A DNA stretch of 55,842 bases from Gemmatales bacterium (lineage in GTDB: Bacteria; Planctomycetota; Planctomycetia; Gemmatales; Gemmataceae): NCBI GenBank assembly GCA_038247765.1, contig JBBRUN010000001.1, positions 1-55,842 of the forward strand, written 5' to 3'. How positions within the stretch are numbered: position 1 is the stretch's first letter; each line of letters opens with the position of its first letter. Below are positions 10,628-20,867 of this stretch, piece by piece. The position numbers and the translations under genes are program-made. The notes under the pieces are model-generated. The model did not search any database and was not told the DNA's origin. It was given only the letters and a program-made list of their open reading frames with translations.

Positions 10628-11236
10628 ATGGCTTTCAGCGAATTCACACTCGATACCGCGCTGAAGTCGCTCGGCGTCAGTGTCCGTGAAATCGACATCT
10701 TTCCGCAGCTCGTGCCTGCGGTGGTTCCGGCTTGGCTTCCCGATTGGCTGGCGCGGGGAACCCGGCTCGCCTTGATCAGCGAGAAAGCCCGCAGCGAATT
10801 CATCGTTGTGCCGGTGCTTTTGGCCGCCAAAGAGTTGAGCGGCGGTCGCTTGGCTATTTTTTCCGGGCAGCGGCTCGATGTCGATCCGAGCCGTGGATTG
10901 ATCGGCGAATGCGATTTCATCCTCGCCTTGGGGCCATCGGTTCCCCCGCTCCGGTCGCCGATCGCCGCCATCGTCGAAGCCAAGAAGAACGACGTCGAGG
11001 GAGGACTGGGACAGTGCGTCGCCCAGATGGTCGCCGCGCGAGAGTTTAACGCGGCAGCAGGACGATCGCCCTTATTACCGGTCTACGGATGTGTGACGAC
11101 CGGCGAAGCTTGGCAATTTTTGAAACTGGCCGACGGGGTAGCCGAACTCGACGCTCGGCGCTTTTACCTCGACAACCCGGCGGGTATCCTCGGAGCAATT
11201 TCGGCCGTCGTCGCCGATACCGCAAGGAACCCGTAA
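10628..11236 (+). CDS. PD-(D/E)xK nuclease-fold-like hypothetical protein
   Basis: Motif pair GECDFILALG ... AAIVEAKKND ... QCVAQMVAA fits the D...E-x-K restriction-endonuclease-like core. ATG start with no better alternative. Confidence 0.55.
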   Translation: MAFSEFTLDTALKSLGVSVREIDIFPQLVPAVVPAWLPDWLARGTRLALISEKARSEFIVVPVLLAAKELSGGRLAIFSGQRLDVDPSRGLIGECDFILALGPSVPPLRSPIAAIVEAKKNDVEGGLGQCVAQMVAAREFNAAAGRSPLLPVYGCVTTGEAWQFLKLADGVAELDARRFYLDNPAGILGAISAVVADTARNP

Positions 11237-11294
11237 GCAGGTTTCGTGCGTTCTCCGCTAACATCTTCCATTGCCCGCTGCCCGGAGCCAGCAG

Positions 11295-13097
11295 ATGACC
11301 GATGAAACCGTCCGCGTGCCGACGCGGACCGAAGTGCCCGTCGCCGATACTTGGGACCTCACGACCCTGTTCGAAACCGATGCCACATGGGAAGCGGCCT
11401 TCGGCGTCTGGTCGAACGAACTCGAGCTGTTCGCGCAGTACCGCGGTCGACTCGGGGAATCCGCATCGGTGTTGCTCGACTATTTGAAGTTCGAGACCGA
11501 GTACGAATGCAGCGGAGATCGCCTCGGCACGTTCGCGTTCCTCAAAGAGACCGAAGACCTCGGCAACTCGGTTTACCAGGGCATGAAGGCCCGCTACCTC
11601 GGCATCGCGGCCAAGGCCAACGAAGCGAGCAGCTTCAGCCGGCCCGAGATTCTCGCGCTTCCCGAAGCGACACTCGCGGCGTTTCTCGCCGATCCGTTCC
11701 TTGCCGAGTATAAGCTCCTTCTCGAACGTGTCGTCCGCTACCGACCGCACACGCTGAGCGACAAGGAAGAGCGTCTGCTGGCCTTGCAGTTGGAATCGTC
11801 TCAGACGGCGCGGGAAGTCTTCGGGCAACTCACGAACACCGACATGAAGTTCGGCATGCTGTCGATCGACGGCCGAACCATCGAACTCTCGCATGCCACC
11901 TACGCCAGTTGCTTGGAGAAGCCGAACCGCGAGTTGCGCAAGGCGGCCTTCCAACAGTACTACGCCGAGTTCGCCGATCACGCGAACACGCTGGCCACGA
12001 CGCTAGCGGGGAGCGTGAAGCAGGACGTCTACAACGCGAAAGTGCGGAACTACCCGAGCGCCCGCGTGGCGTCGCTGTTTCCGGATCAAGTCCCGCTGAG
12101 CGTCTACGACAACTTGATTACGGCGGTGCGGGCGAACCTGCCGGCGGTGCACAAGTACTACGCTGTGCGCCAGCGGGCGATGGATCTGCCGAAACTTCAC
12201 TTCTACGACACGTACGTCCCGATTCTGACGGAATTCCGCAAGGTCACACCGTGGGACGACGCCGTCGAATTGGTGCTGAAATCGCTGAAGCCACTGGGGA
12301 AGGATTACACCGACACGCTGGCCATGGGGCTGCGCGGCCGCTGGTGCGACCGCTACGAAAACAAGGGTAAACGCAGCGGAGCCTTCAGCAGCGGCTGCTA
12401 CGATAGCGATCCGTTTATTTTGATGAACTACAAGCCGGATGTGCTCGACGACGTCTTCACGCTGACCCACGAAGCGGGGCACAGCATGCACACGAACTAC
12501 AGCAAAGAGCAACCGTACCAGTACGCCAACTACACGATCTTCGTCGCCGAAGTCGCGAGCACGTTCAACGAGCAACTTTTGACGCGGACGCTGATGGAAC
12601 GCGCCAGCAGCGACCGCGAACGGGCCTACTACCTCAACAAAGAAATCGACAGCATGCGGGCGACGATCGTCCGGCAGACGATGTTCGCGGAGTTCGAAAA
12701 GATCATCCACGAGCAAGCCGAGGCGAACGAGCCGCTGACGCTCGACGCTTTGAGAGCGACCTACCGCGCACTTTTGGAAACGTACCTCGGGCCGGGGATG
12801 ACGCTCGACGACGAGCAGAGCCTCGAATGCCTGCGGATTCCGCACTTCTACGGGGCGTTTTACGTGTACAAGTACGCCACGGGCTTGGCGGCCGCGATCG
12901 CGCTGTCGCAGAAGGTGTTGAAGGGCGGCCCGGCCGACTTGGCGGCGTACTTGAACTTCCTCCGCGGCGGCAGCAGCCAAGATCCGTTGGATCTGCTCCG
13001 CGGCGCCGGGGTCGACTTGGCAACGCCCGAACCGGTGGACGCCGCGTTGAAACACTTCGGCGAGATCGTGGACGAACTCGATGGCCTGTTGAAATGA
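11295..13097 (+). CDS. pepF: Oligoendopeptidase F (peptidase M3B)
   Basis: About 600 aa with THEAGHSMH (HExxH) in the expected position. N-terminal PTRTEVPVADTWDLTTLF and the overall pattern are typical of PepF. Start at ATG 11295 within track ORF 11271..13097. Confidence 0.9.
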   Translation: MTDETVRVPTRTEVPVADTWDLTTLFETDATWEAAFGVWSNELELFAQYRGRLGESASVLLDYLKFETEYECSGDRLGTFAFLKETEDLGNSVYQGMKARYLGIAAKANEASSFSRPEILALPEATLAAFLADPFLAEYKLLLERVVRYRPHTLSDKEERLLALQLESSQTAREVFGQLTNTDMKFGMLSIDGRTIELSHATYASCLEKPNRELRKAAFQQYYAEFADHANTLATTLAGSVKQDVYNAKVRNYPSARVASLFPDQVPLSVYDNLITAVRANLPAVHKYYAVRQRAMDLPKLHFYDTYVPILTEFRKVTPWDDAVELVLKSLKPLGKDYTDTLAMGLRGRWCDRYENKGKRSGAFSSGCYDSDPFILMNYKPDVLDDVFTLTHEAGHSMHTNYSKEQPYQYANYTIFVAEVASTFNEQLLTRTLMERASSDRERAYYLNKEIDSMRATIVRQTMFAEFEKIIHEQAEANEPLTLDALRATYRALLETYLGPGMTLDDEQSLECLRIPHFYGAFYVYKYATGLAAAIALSQKVLKGGPADLAAYLNFLRGGSSQDPLDLLRGAGVDLATPEPVDAALKHFGEIVDELDGLLK

Positions 13098-13177
13098 GGT
13101 CACTGATTTTTCGGCCCGGTGGGCCGAAGGATCGTCGGTGCCTCTTTGGTGAATCATCTTCCTCACGAACTTCCACC

Positions 13178-14296
13178 ATGACCCATCCGTACCGACTGAT
13201 CGACGAAGCCGCGGTACCCAGCCCGGCGCTGATTTTCTTCCCCGAGATCATCCGGCGGAACATCGCCGAGGTGATCGCCATGGCCGGCGGGCCGGGGCGG
13301 TTGCGGCCCCATTGCAAGACGCACAAGACGTTGGAACTCACGCGGATGCAGCTCGACGCGGGTGTGCTGAAGCACAAATGCGCGACCCTCGCCGAGGCCG
13401 AGATGCTGGCGATGGCCGACGCGCCGGAGGTGCTGATCGCCTACCCCCTCGTCGGTCCGAACATCCACCGCTTCGCCAAGCTGATTTTGAAATATCCGCG
13501 CACCGAATTCGCCGCCATCGCCGACCACCCCGCGATGGTGCAGGCGCTGTCGGCCGTCGTCAGTGCCAACGGGTTGTCAGTGGAAGTGCTCGCCGATATC
13601 AACGTCGGACAGGATCGCACGGGCATCGACCTCGCCGGCGCCGCGGAACTGGTCCCGCTCATCGCCCGCAGTCCCGGCCTCCGGCCCGGCGGGCTCCACG
13701 TCTACGATGGCCACAACAACATGGAGCACCACGAAGACCGCGAAGCGGCGGTGCGGGCGCTCCTCACGCCGGTATTGACCTTGCGGGCGAAGCTGGAGAA
13801 AGCCGGGTACCCGGTGCCGCGCATCGTCTGCGGCGGAACGCCGAGCTTTCCGATTTACGCTGCCATCAAAGATGTGCCCGGATTGGAGTGCTCGCCCGGA
13901 ACCTATGTTCTCCACGACTTCGGTTACGGATCGAAGTACGCGGACCTCGGCGCGGTGATGCCGGCGGCGGTGCTGCTGACGCGCGTGATCAGCAAGCCGA
14001 CGGCCAACCGCGTGACGCTCGACCTCGGGACGAAAGCCGTGGCCAGCGACCCGCCGGCCGGGAAACGGGTACAACTGCTGGAGTTCGCCCCGCACACGCC
14101 GGTGGGCCACAACGAAGAGCATTACATCGTCGAGACGGCCCACGCCGACCGCTACCAACCGGGCGATGTCGTCTACGCGATTCCGGCGCACATTTGCCCG
14201 ACGGTTGCTTTGCACAAAGAAGCGCTGATCGCCGAGCAGGGCTTGATCGTCGGCAGTTGGCCGATCATCGCCCGGGACCGGGTACTGACGGTGTGA
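13178..14296 (+). CDS. D-threonine aldolase / DSD1-like PLP-dependent enzyme (alanine racemase N-terminal fold)
   Basis: MTHPYRLIDEAAVPSPALIFF...LRPHCKTHKT (PLP-lysine motif typical of the D-TA family), about 372 aa. Start at ATG 13178, in frame with track ORF 12827..14296. Confidence 0.85.
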   Translation: MTHPYRLIDEAAVPSPALIFFPEIIRRNIAEVIAMAGGPGRLRPHCKTHKTLELTRMQLDAGVLKHKCATLAEAEMLAMADAPEVLIAYPLVGPNIHRFAKLILKYPRTEFAAIADHPAMVQALSAVVSANGLSVEVLADINVGQDRTGIDLAGAAELVPLIARSPGLRPGGLHVYDGHNNMEHHEDREAAVRALLTPVLTLRAKLEKAGYPVPRIVCGGTPSFPIYAAIKDVPGLECSPGTYVLHDFGYGSKYADLGAVMPAAVLLTRVISKPTANRVTLDLGTKAVASDPPAGKRVQLLEFAPHTPVGHNEEHYIVETAHADRYQPGDVVYAIPAHICPTVALHKEALIAEQGLIVGSWPIIARDRVLTV

Positions 14297-14630
14297 CTTC
14301 GGAATCGAAGCGAACCCCGCAGACGCGCGACGTTGAACGCGCGCTGCGCTCAGCCGGGTTCGTGCAGTCCGACGCGTATCGCTACAACTCGGCCGCCATC
14401 CGCCTCCGCGTGATCGATCCCCGATTGCAGGGCTGAAGATCGCGGAACCCGATGCATTAATCGAACCGATTTTGGAGACGTTGCCCGTAGAAACCCAAGG
14501 CGACATCATGTCGGTTTTCACCTTCGCCCCTTCCGAGGTCCTCGCGGATCCTAACACGAACAGCGAAGATTCCTTGAGAAACCGACTTCAAAACCTGGAA
14601 TTCGACGACCCCAGTCCTTCCATGCTCTGA
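14293..14630 (+). pseudogene. Small conserved-looking ORF split by an apparent -1 frameshift at a C4 run (about 14419-14422)
   Basis: GTG 14293 overlaps the upstream stop (GTGTGA). Frame 1 reads ...DVERALRSAGFVQSDAYRYNSAAIRLRVIDPRLQG* (stop 14434-14436). The next frame is open from 14337 to 14630 and reads ...PIAGLKIAEPDALIEPILETLPVETQGDIMSVFTFAPSEV... with no plausible start of its own before 14508. Confidence 0.35.
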
Positions 14631-15454
14631 TTCACCGCCACGACCGGCAACGCCGGCTTCGGTTGGTTCAATTTGAACAGCAAAGGCATCAGCACCACCA
14701 CGGTCATCACGCCGAACACGAGTGCCAACCCGATGGCGTGACCGGCGAGGTACTGCAATATCGGCCAAAAGGCGGTGAACCACGCCGCGAACATCAACAG
14801 GTTGAGGGCCATCGCCACGATCAGCGTGCCACTGCTGGGGGCCATGACCTTGTTCGGGGTTTCCCCTTCCAAAAACCGCGAACCGGCTTTCTCTTTGAAC
14901 AACTTGTTGTCGGTGCTGTAGACCTTGCCGATGCGGGGTTCGTCGCGCATCTCGGCGTCGAAGCGGACCTTCTTGCCCTCAGGATCCGGCACCATCATCG
15001 CCACCGTGATGTAGCCGCCGCCGGCATCGGCGAGTTTGAACCGTTGTCCGCCGTCATCGACGAAAATCGGCTCCTTGGTTCCGGTTTGCAGTTTGAAGGG
15101 AACCGACTTTTCGTCCTTCGTGTTGACTCCGTACCGGATGGCGTCGAATTCTTTGATGTCTTTCTCCCCGGTCGGGTTGAACTCGAAGAACGTGCCGTAC
15201 TTATTTTCGGAATCGGCGCGCGTGTTGAAGTAAGTCCACATCGTCAAATAGCAAGCGAGCGCCAAACCCGCCGTGAGCGCCCGCAGCGGGAGCCGGCCCG
15301 CCGGCATGCTGTAGAGATAGCCCTGCAAAAACAGGGACAAACCCCAAAAAGCCGCGGTGAAGGCGAGCGTGAGGACGGCGAGCGTGACGACGAGAACCAC
15401 GGTGGCACCCCGGTGCGGGCGGAAAGGTCTTGGCTTTATAGCGGAATTGGCCAA
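14588..15454 (-). CDS. Integral membrane protein, function unknown
   Basis: Four or more hydrophobic segments (VVLVVTLAVLTLAFTAAFWGLSLF, ALTAGLALACYLTMW, LIVAMALNLLMFAAWFTAFWPIL, AIGLALVFGVMTVVVLMPLL). The track start at 15454 is a TTG. An in-frame GTG at 15400 is an alternative start. Confidence 0.6.
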   Translation of the reverse strand: MANSAIKPRPFRPHRGATVVLVVTLAVLTLAFTAAFWGLSLFLQGYLYSMPAGRLPLRALTAGLALACYLTMWTYFNTRADSENKYGTFFEFNPTGEKDIKEFDAIRYGVNTKDEKSVPFKLQTGTKEPIFVDDGGQRFKLADAGGGYITVAMMVPDPEGKKVRFDAEMRDEPRIGKVYSTDNKLFKEKAGSRFLEGETPNKVMAPSSGTLIVAMALNLLMFAAWFTAFWPILQYLAGHAIGLALVFGVMTVVVLMPLLFKLNQPKPALPVVAVNQSMEGLGSSNSRF

Positions 15455-15692
15455 CCGTCGAACCCGGTCCCTCGTCGTATTGTCACGGGAACCTACGCGC
15501 TGTTGCCGGTGGTGTTAGACTAACCCTGTACGAGTCGTCTGAATAGGTTGTGGGCGACCGGGCTTCGGTTCGGATCGGTTTGTAACCTGACGTAACCCGA
15601 ACCGGTTTTCTGCTTGTAGTCGCCGTGCCGAGTTGCCAGAATACTAATCCGAGCGGATCCCGAGTTCGGCCAGGCCAACGAAGAGAGCACAC

Positions 15693-18600
15693 ATGCGAAC
15701 GATGAACTTCCGCGCCGTGGTTCTGGTCGCCGTGATCGCGGGACTGGGCACCGCCTTGTTCACCACGCGGACGGCGGTCGGCCAGCAACAACTCCAAGTT
15801 CAAATACAACCTGCGCCGCCCATCGGCCCCGGCGGCGAAGAGCCACCCAAGAACCTGATCGAGAAGTTTACGTTCCCCGAAGACCGCGATACCAACCTCA
15901 AGTTCGAGGCGGTGCTCGATTACCTCAACGTCAAGAACGATAAAAAAATCGAATGGCCGACGGTCGTCAAGCTCGCCCAAGGGTTGCTCGACGCCAAGAG
16001 CGACTTCTTTTACCAGTACCAAGAAAAAGACAAGCGCCGCGTGAGCGTGAAGGACGAAATCGGCCGGCTCATCGGCACCTTCACCAAAGACGGTCGCGAG
16101 TTCTACCAACTGACGTACGGCCCGCCTGCCGATGGCGATCTCAAGACCGCGACCCAGAGCGGGTACGATGTCGCCAAGATCGCGGTCGTGTCGCAGAAGT
16201 ACTTCAACACGAAAGCCGGGGCGCAAGCCACTCTGCTGCTCGCCCGGATCAATTTAGAATTCGGCAACTTCCCCGAAGCCGCCCACGGATTTCAACGGCT
16301 GCTGGCGCGATCCGATGTCGATGAAGTGCTTGATTCCAAGGCGTTGTTCCAAGCGACCGTCGCGCTCCGCCGGGCCGGGGAGACCCGCCGGCCCGAACTG
16401 CTCACGAACTTGTGGGATAAGATCGAAAAGAAATTCCCCCGCGACGGGGTCGTGTTCGGCAACAAGACCTATTCCCTCGAGAACCTGAAGGCCGAATACG
16501 ACCGGAACATCGAGTTCCTCTACGGAAAAGTGAGTGCCGCCCACATCGCGATGAAAGGCGGGGACATGACCCGCGCCGGCGTCTCGGACGCCGGGGCGCC
16601 GTTTCTCGATCCTCTGTTCAGCGTTCCGGCGCTCTTCCGCACCGAAGACGCCAACCAAAGCGCCGGGGCGACCTTCGTTCGCCAGAACATCGAAGCCGCC
16701 TACAAACGGGCCATCCAACAGAAGAAACAATTGCTGCCGTCGTTCTTCCCGGTGACGGCGCCGAACATGATCATCTTCCGCGGTTACGACGGCACGTACT
16801 CCTTCTACACGAAGGACGGCGTCGGGCCGACGGGCAAGCCGTACCGCACCGGCGATCTCGCTTGGTTCTCGCCGTGCAAGGGCGGCGCCCAAAGCCTGTG
16901 GGCCGCGGACGACTCGGTGAACTCCCCGGAGAAAACCAACGTCACCGGCTGGTGGCAGCAATACTGGCAAAACCAAATGCCGAGCGTCCTGTTCGAAAAC
17001 CCGTTGCTCGGCAGCCTGAGCCATGACGGCAAGTACGTCTACTCTATCGACGACCTCGCGGTGCTGCCGTACCAGCAGAACGGCTACGACCAATGGGGCG
17101 GCGGCATGCCCCAGCCGGGCATGAACGGACCCAAGGGCATGAAGGACTACAGCCGCCTCGTGGCGGTGGACATCGAGACCGGCTCGCTCGCTTGGACCCT
17201 CGGCGGGTTGGGCGCCGCGATCAAATCGGAAGAGGAAGAGAAGATCACGAGCGCCGCGAAACTCATGGAAAACAGCTACTTCATGGGTGCACCGCTGCCG
17301 ATCAACGGCAAGCTTTACACCCTGTACGAACGCGATGGCTACCTCAAGATGGCCTGCCTCGATCCGCACAAGTCCACGATTCCGCCGGCCGTCAACGGCC
17401 GGGCCAGCACGCCGGTGCCGGAATTGATCTGGGTGCAGAACTTGGGCCGGGCGAATAACCCGATCAAGCAAGATTCGCTGCGGCGGATCCAATCGTCGTT
17501 CATGGCCTCGGCCGACGGCGTGATCATCTGCCCGACCAACTCCGGCGCCGTGATCGCCGTCGATATCAACGCCCGCAGTCTGCTTTGGGCCCACACCTAC
17601 GCCGCCGGCGACGCCCGCGGCGAAATCGGGCCCGGCGGCGGAATGCGCCCGGGTCGCCCCTTCCCCGGCGGCGGCTTCGGCCAAGCATTGCCGAACGAAC
17701 GCTGGCGTTCGTCCAACCCGATCATCGTCAACGGCCGAGTGATCATGAGCTCGTACGACTCGGATCAAGTCCAGTGCCTCGATTTACGGACGGGCAAACT
17801 GATCTGGTCGGAAGCCCGCCAAGTCGACGATATGTACATCGGCGGCGTCGTGGCCGGGAATGTGATCGTCGTGGGCCGCGGCTCGGTCCGGGCGATCAAG
17901 CTCGTGGGGACCAAAGACGAGAAGACCGGCCGCGAAGCCGCGGTCGCCGCGTGGAAAGAGCCTTTGAAGATCGGATCTCCGTCCGGGCACGGCGTGCCGA
18001 GCAAAGACGGCCTGTATTATCTACCGGTCGTCGGCGATCCGGACAAACCCGATTCGACCATGCCCGCCGTCTGGGCCATCTACGCCGATACGGGCCTGCC
18101 CAAAGCGAAGACCCCATTCCGCCGTAAAGAAGTCAACACCGGGGTCGCGCAAGATTCCCGGTTGTCGCTCGGGAACCTGCTCTTCCACGACGGCATGATG
18201 TTCTCGCAATCGGCCACGGAAATCAGCGCGTTCCCGCTGATCGAAGTGAAGAAGGCCGAGATGGACGCCTTGCTCAAGAAAGATCCGAACAACCCCGAAG
18301 GACTGACGTCCCGGGGCGAGCTGCTGTTGGACGAAGGCAAGCTCAACGACGCGATCGCCGACTTCAAGAAGGCCGAATCCAACAAGCCGACGGAATCGAC
18401 CACGCGCAAGATCAATCAGAAACTGTACGTCGCGTACACCGAAATCCTGCGGGCCGACTTCGCCGCTGCGAACAAATTCCTCCCGGAATACAAGAAACTC
18501 TGCGACTTTGCGATCACCGCAGAAGAAGGTACGCCCGAGCGAGCGCGGGAGATTGAAGAGCAGATCCGCCGCAAAGGCCTGTTCTACAGCCTCGTCGCCA

Positions 18601-20696
18601 AAGGCTGCGAGAAGGAAGGCCGCTTGGTCGAAGCATTCGACAACTACCGCGCCTACGCCGCCCTCGGCGAAAAGGGCCGCCTGCTGCCGGTGCCCGAAGA
18701 CGCCAACACGCTGGCGCTCTCGTCGGTCTGGGCCAGCGGCCGCATCGACGCCATGATGCGGGCCGCCAAGGACGACGCCGTCCGCAAGCCGCTCGAGGAG
18801 AAAGTCTCCAAGGAATGGGATACCGTCCGCGGTGCGAACGACCTCGTTCAACTCGAAAACTTCGTGAAGACCTTCGGTCCCTACTTCGCCTCCGGCCGCG
18901 AAGCCCAATTCCTGCTCGCCGAGCGATTGATGCTCACGAACAACGACGACGACAAACGCAAGGCCCAATCGCACCTGCTGAACCTCATCGGCGATGCCGC
19001 CGACACCAAAGACGGCAAAGCCTCGGCCGCGCGGGCCACCGAAGCCTTGGCCCGGCTGCTCACGAGCCGGAACATGATGGAAGACGCCGTGGGGATGTAC
19101 TCCCGCTTGGGCCTCGAATTCCCGACCGTCGCCGTCCGCGACGGCAAAACCGGGGCCGACATCTACGGCGACATCATCACCGACAAACGCCTGCTGCCGT
19201 CGCTCGAACCGGCCCGCACCATCAGCTTGAGCAAATACAAAGTCGAGAACACCCCCGGCAACAACGGCAACTACCGCGGCCCGTCGATGGCGATCATACC
19301 GGACGGCGATCTGTTGCCGTTCTTCAAACGCCACCGGCTCAGCTTGGATCAAGACCAGAACACGGGTCTGCAAGCCTTCAAGGTGTTCGACCGGGTCACG
19401 GGCGAAGAGCGATGCAAATTCACGGGCATGCAGAACGTGCAGATGTACAACAACAACGGCCAGCCGACCAACACGAATTCCGTCCGCATCGCCCAAGCCA
19501 GCGGTCACTTGCTCATGCTCCACGTCGGGCAATTCGTCTACTGCTACGACCTGTCGCAGGAGAAGGGCAAAGAACTCTGGAAGCAAAACCTACTCAACCA
19601 GGACGTTTTGCCGAACGGGAATTTGCAGATGGATCCGACCCCGAGCACCGACGGCGATGTCACTTTTCGCACGCCAGACGGCTGGGTGTTCCGCCTCGGC
19701 AAGTCTTCGGTGCTGCAATCGTCGTACGCCGCCGTGCTCACTCGGGACGGTTTGTTCGTGCTCGATCCGCGCACGGGCACCAAACTCTGGAGCCGGGCCA
19801 ATATCTCGGGCCGGGCTTCGGTCTTCGGCGATGCCCGCCACATTTACTTGGTCGAAGCCAGCTCCACCGGCACGACCTCGCGAATTCTGCGGGCTTCGGA
19901 CGGTGCTACCGTCGAAGGTATCAAAGACTTCGGAGCCATGGTCAGCGGTCCGAACCGGCTCGCCATGTTCGGCCGGCAAATCCTGCTCGGCGAACCGGGC
20001 ACGAAAGATGCGCCCCGCAAGCTCCGCTTGTATGACATCCTCGAAGGCAAAGACGTCTGGAGCAAAGAATTCCCGGCCGACTCGGTCGTACTGAAAACCC
20101 ACGACCCGGAACTCACCGGCATCGTCACCGTCGAAGGGGCCATCCAAGTGCTCGCCTCCAAGACGGGGAAAGTCCTGCTCGAGGGCAAAGTCGATGCGCA
20201 GAAGCTCGACGATCACCTCAAGATCGCCGGCAAGGTCGCCCTCAAAGACCCTTTGCTGATGGCCGACTCCGAGCGGTTCTACGTCTTCTTGAACAAGGAC
20301 GACAAAGGCGGTAACGTGAACGTGTTCTGGGGACAAGCTCAGGTGAAGACGGCCCCAGTCAACGGCGCCTGCTACGCATTCGACCGGACCACCAGCAAAC
20401 GGCTCTGGTACACCGACACTCAGTTCAACCGCCAGCAAATCTGCGTCGAACGGTTCGAAGACATGCCGTGCATTGTCGGGTCCAACCCATCGTACGTCGA
20501 TCCCGATTCCAAAGTGCCCAATAACGGCCAATACCAACACCAAGTTTTGGCCGTGGACAAACGCACGGGCGTACTCAAACTCTACAAGAACAACCCCCCG
20601 GGTAACGGGCAATTCCAAACCCTAAACTACGACGCCAAGACCGGCGGCTTCGAGTTCTGGAACTACAACCTCCGGGTGAAAATCAGCGCGGAATAA
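15693..20696 (+). CDS. Giant secreted PQQ-like/BamB-like beta-propeller repeat protein with TPR-like helical region
   Basis: 1667-aa open frame. Signal peptide MRTMNFRAVVLVAVIAGLGTALFTTRTAVG. Repeated propeller-like blades (e.g. GSLAWTL, RSLLWAH, GKLIWSE, TKLWSR, KDVWSK, KRLWYT). Confidence 0.8.
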   Translation: MRTMNFRAVVLVAVIAGLGTALFTTRTAVGQQQLQVQIQPAPPIGPGGEEPPKNLIEKFTFPEDRDTNLKFEAVLDYLNVKNDKKIEWPTVVKLAQGLLDAKSDFFYQYQEKDKRRVSVKDEIGRLIGTFTKDGREFYQLTYGPPADGDLKTATQSGYDVAKIAVVSQKYFNTKAGAQATLLLARINLEFGNFPEAAHGFQRLLARSDVDEVLDSKALFQATVALRRAGETRRPELLTNLWDKIEKKFPRDGVVFGNKTYSLENLKAEYDRNIEFLYGKVSAAHIAMKGGDMTRAGVSDAGAPFLDPLFSVPALFRTEDANQSAGATFVRQNIEAAYKRAIQQKKQLLPSFFPVTAPNMIIFRGYDGTYSFYTKDGVGPTGKPYRTGDLAWFSPCKGGAQSLWAADDSVNSPEKTNVTGWWQQYWQNQMPSVLFENPLLGSLSHDGKYVYSIDDLAVLPYQQNGYDQWGGGMPQPGMNGPKGMKDYSRLVAVDIETGSLAWTLGGLGAAIKSEEEEKITSAAKLMENSYFMGAPLPINGKLYTLYERDGYLKMACLDPHKSTIPPAVNGRASTPVPELIWVQNLGRANNPIKQDSLRRIQSSFMASADGVIICPTNSGAVIAVDINARSLLWAHTYAAGDARGEIGPGGGMRPGRPFPGGGFGQALPNERWRSSNPIIVNGRVIMSSYDSDQVQCLDLRTGKLIWSEARQVDDMYIGGVVAGNVIVVGRGSVRAIKLVGTKDEKTGREAAVAAWKEPLKIGSPSGHGVPSKDGLYYLPVVGDPDKPDSTMPAVWAIYADTGLPKAKTPFRRKEVNTGVAQDSRLSLGNLLFHDGMMFSQSATEISAFPLIEVKKAEMDALLKKDPNNPEGLTSRGELLLDEGKLNDAIADFKKAESNKPTESTTRKINQKLYVAYTEILRADFAAANKFLPEYKKLCDFAITAEEGTPERAREIEEQIRRKGLFYSLVAKGCEKEGRLVEAFDNYRAYAALGEKGRLLPVPEDANTLALSSVWASGRIDAMMRAAKDDAVRKPLEEKVSKEWDTVRGANDLVQLENFVKTFGPYFASGREAQFLLAERLMLTNNDDDKRKAQSHLLNLIGDAADTKDGKASAARATEALARLLTSRNMMEDAVGMYSRLGLEFPTVAVRDGKTGADIYGDIITDKRLLPSLEPARTISLSKYKVENTPGNNGNYRGPSMAIIPDGDLLPFFKRHRLSLDQDQNTGLQAFKVFDRVTGEERCKFTGMQNVQMYNNNGQPTNTNSVRIAQASGHLLMLHVGQFVYCYDLSQEKGKELWKQNLLNQDVLPNGNLQMDPTPSTDGDVTFRTPDGWVFRLGKSSVLQSSYAAVLTRDGLFVLDPRTGTKLWSRANISGRASVFGDARHIYLVEASSTGTTSRILRASDGATVEGIKDFGAMVSGPNRLAMFGRQILLGEPGTKDAPRKLRLYDILEGKDVWSKEFPADSVVLKTHDPELTGIVTVEGAIQVLASKTGKVLLEGKVDAQKLDDHLKIAGKVALKDPLLMADSERFYVFLNKDDKGGNVNVFWGQAQVKTAPVNGACYAFDRTTSKRLWYTDTQFNRQQICVERFEDMPCIVGSNPSYVDPDSKVPNNGQYQHQVLAVDKRTGVLKLYKNNPPGNGQFQTLNYDAKTGGFEFWNYNLRVKISAE

Positions 20697-20708
20697 ATGC
20701 GAAAACCG

Positions 20709-20743
20709 TCCGCCGGCGATTCCCAGCGCCGGCGGATTTTCTT
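20709..20743 (+). terminator. Rho-independent-type terminator after the beta-propeller giant
   Basis: tccgccggcg attcccag cgccggcgga (10-bp GC stem) followed by ttttctt. Confidence 0.6.
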
Positions 20744-20867
20744 AGAATTCACCACGTCGATCGCGCCCCTCTCCCACCTGCGCGGTCATTTGTTGCCCAC
20801 CGCGTGACAGAAATGTCCCCGCGGTTCGTCTTACCCATGTTCGCCCGTTTCCGCCGTGGAGTAGGCT

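Noticed and set aside
12003-13166. 387-aa antisense ORF within pepF, and the Arg-rich 13312..14436 (+) frame overlapping the D-TA gene
   Set aside because: The PepF (HEAGH) and D-TA (PHCKTHK) frames explain the region. The alternatives are low-complexity Arg/Pro/Gly strings.
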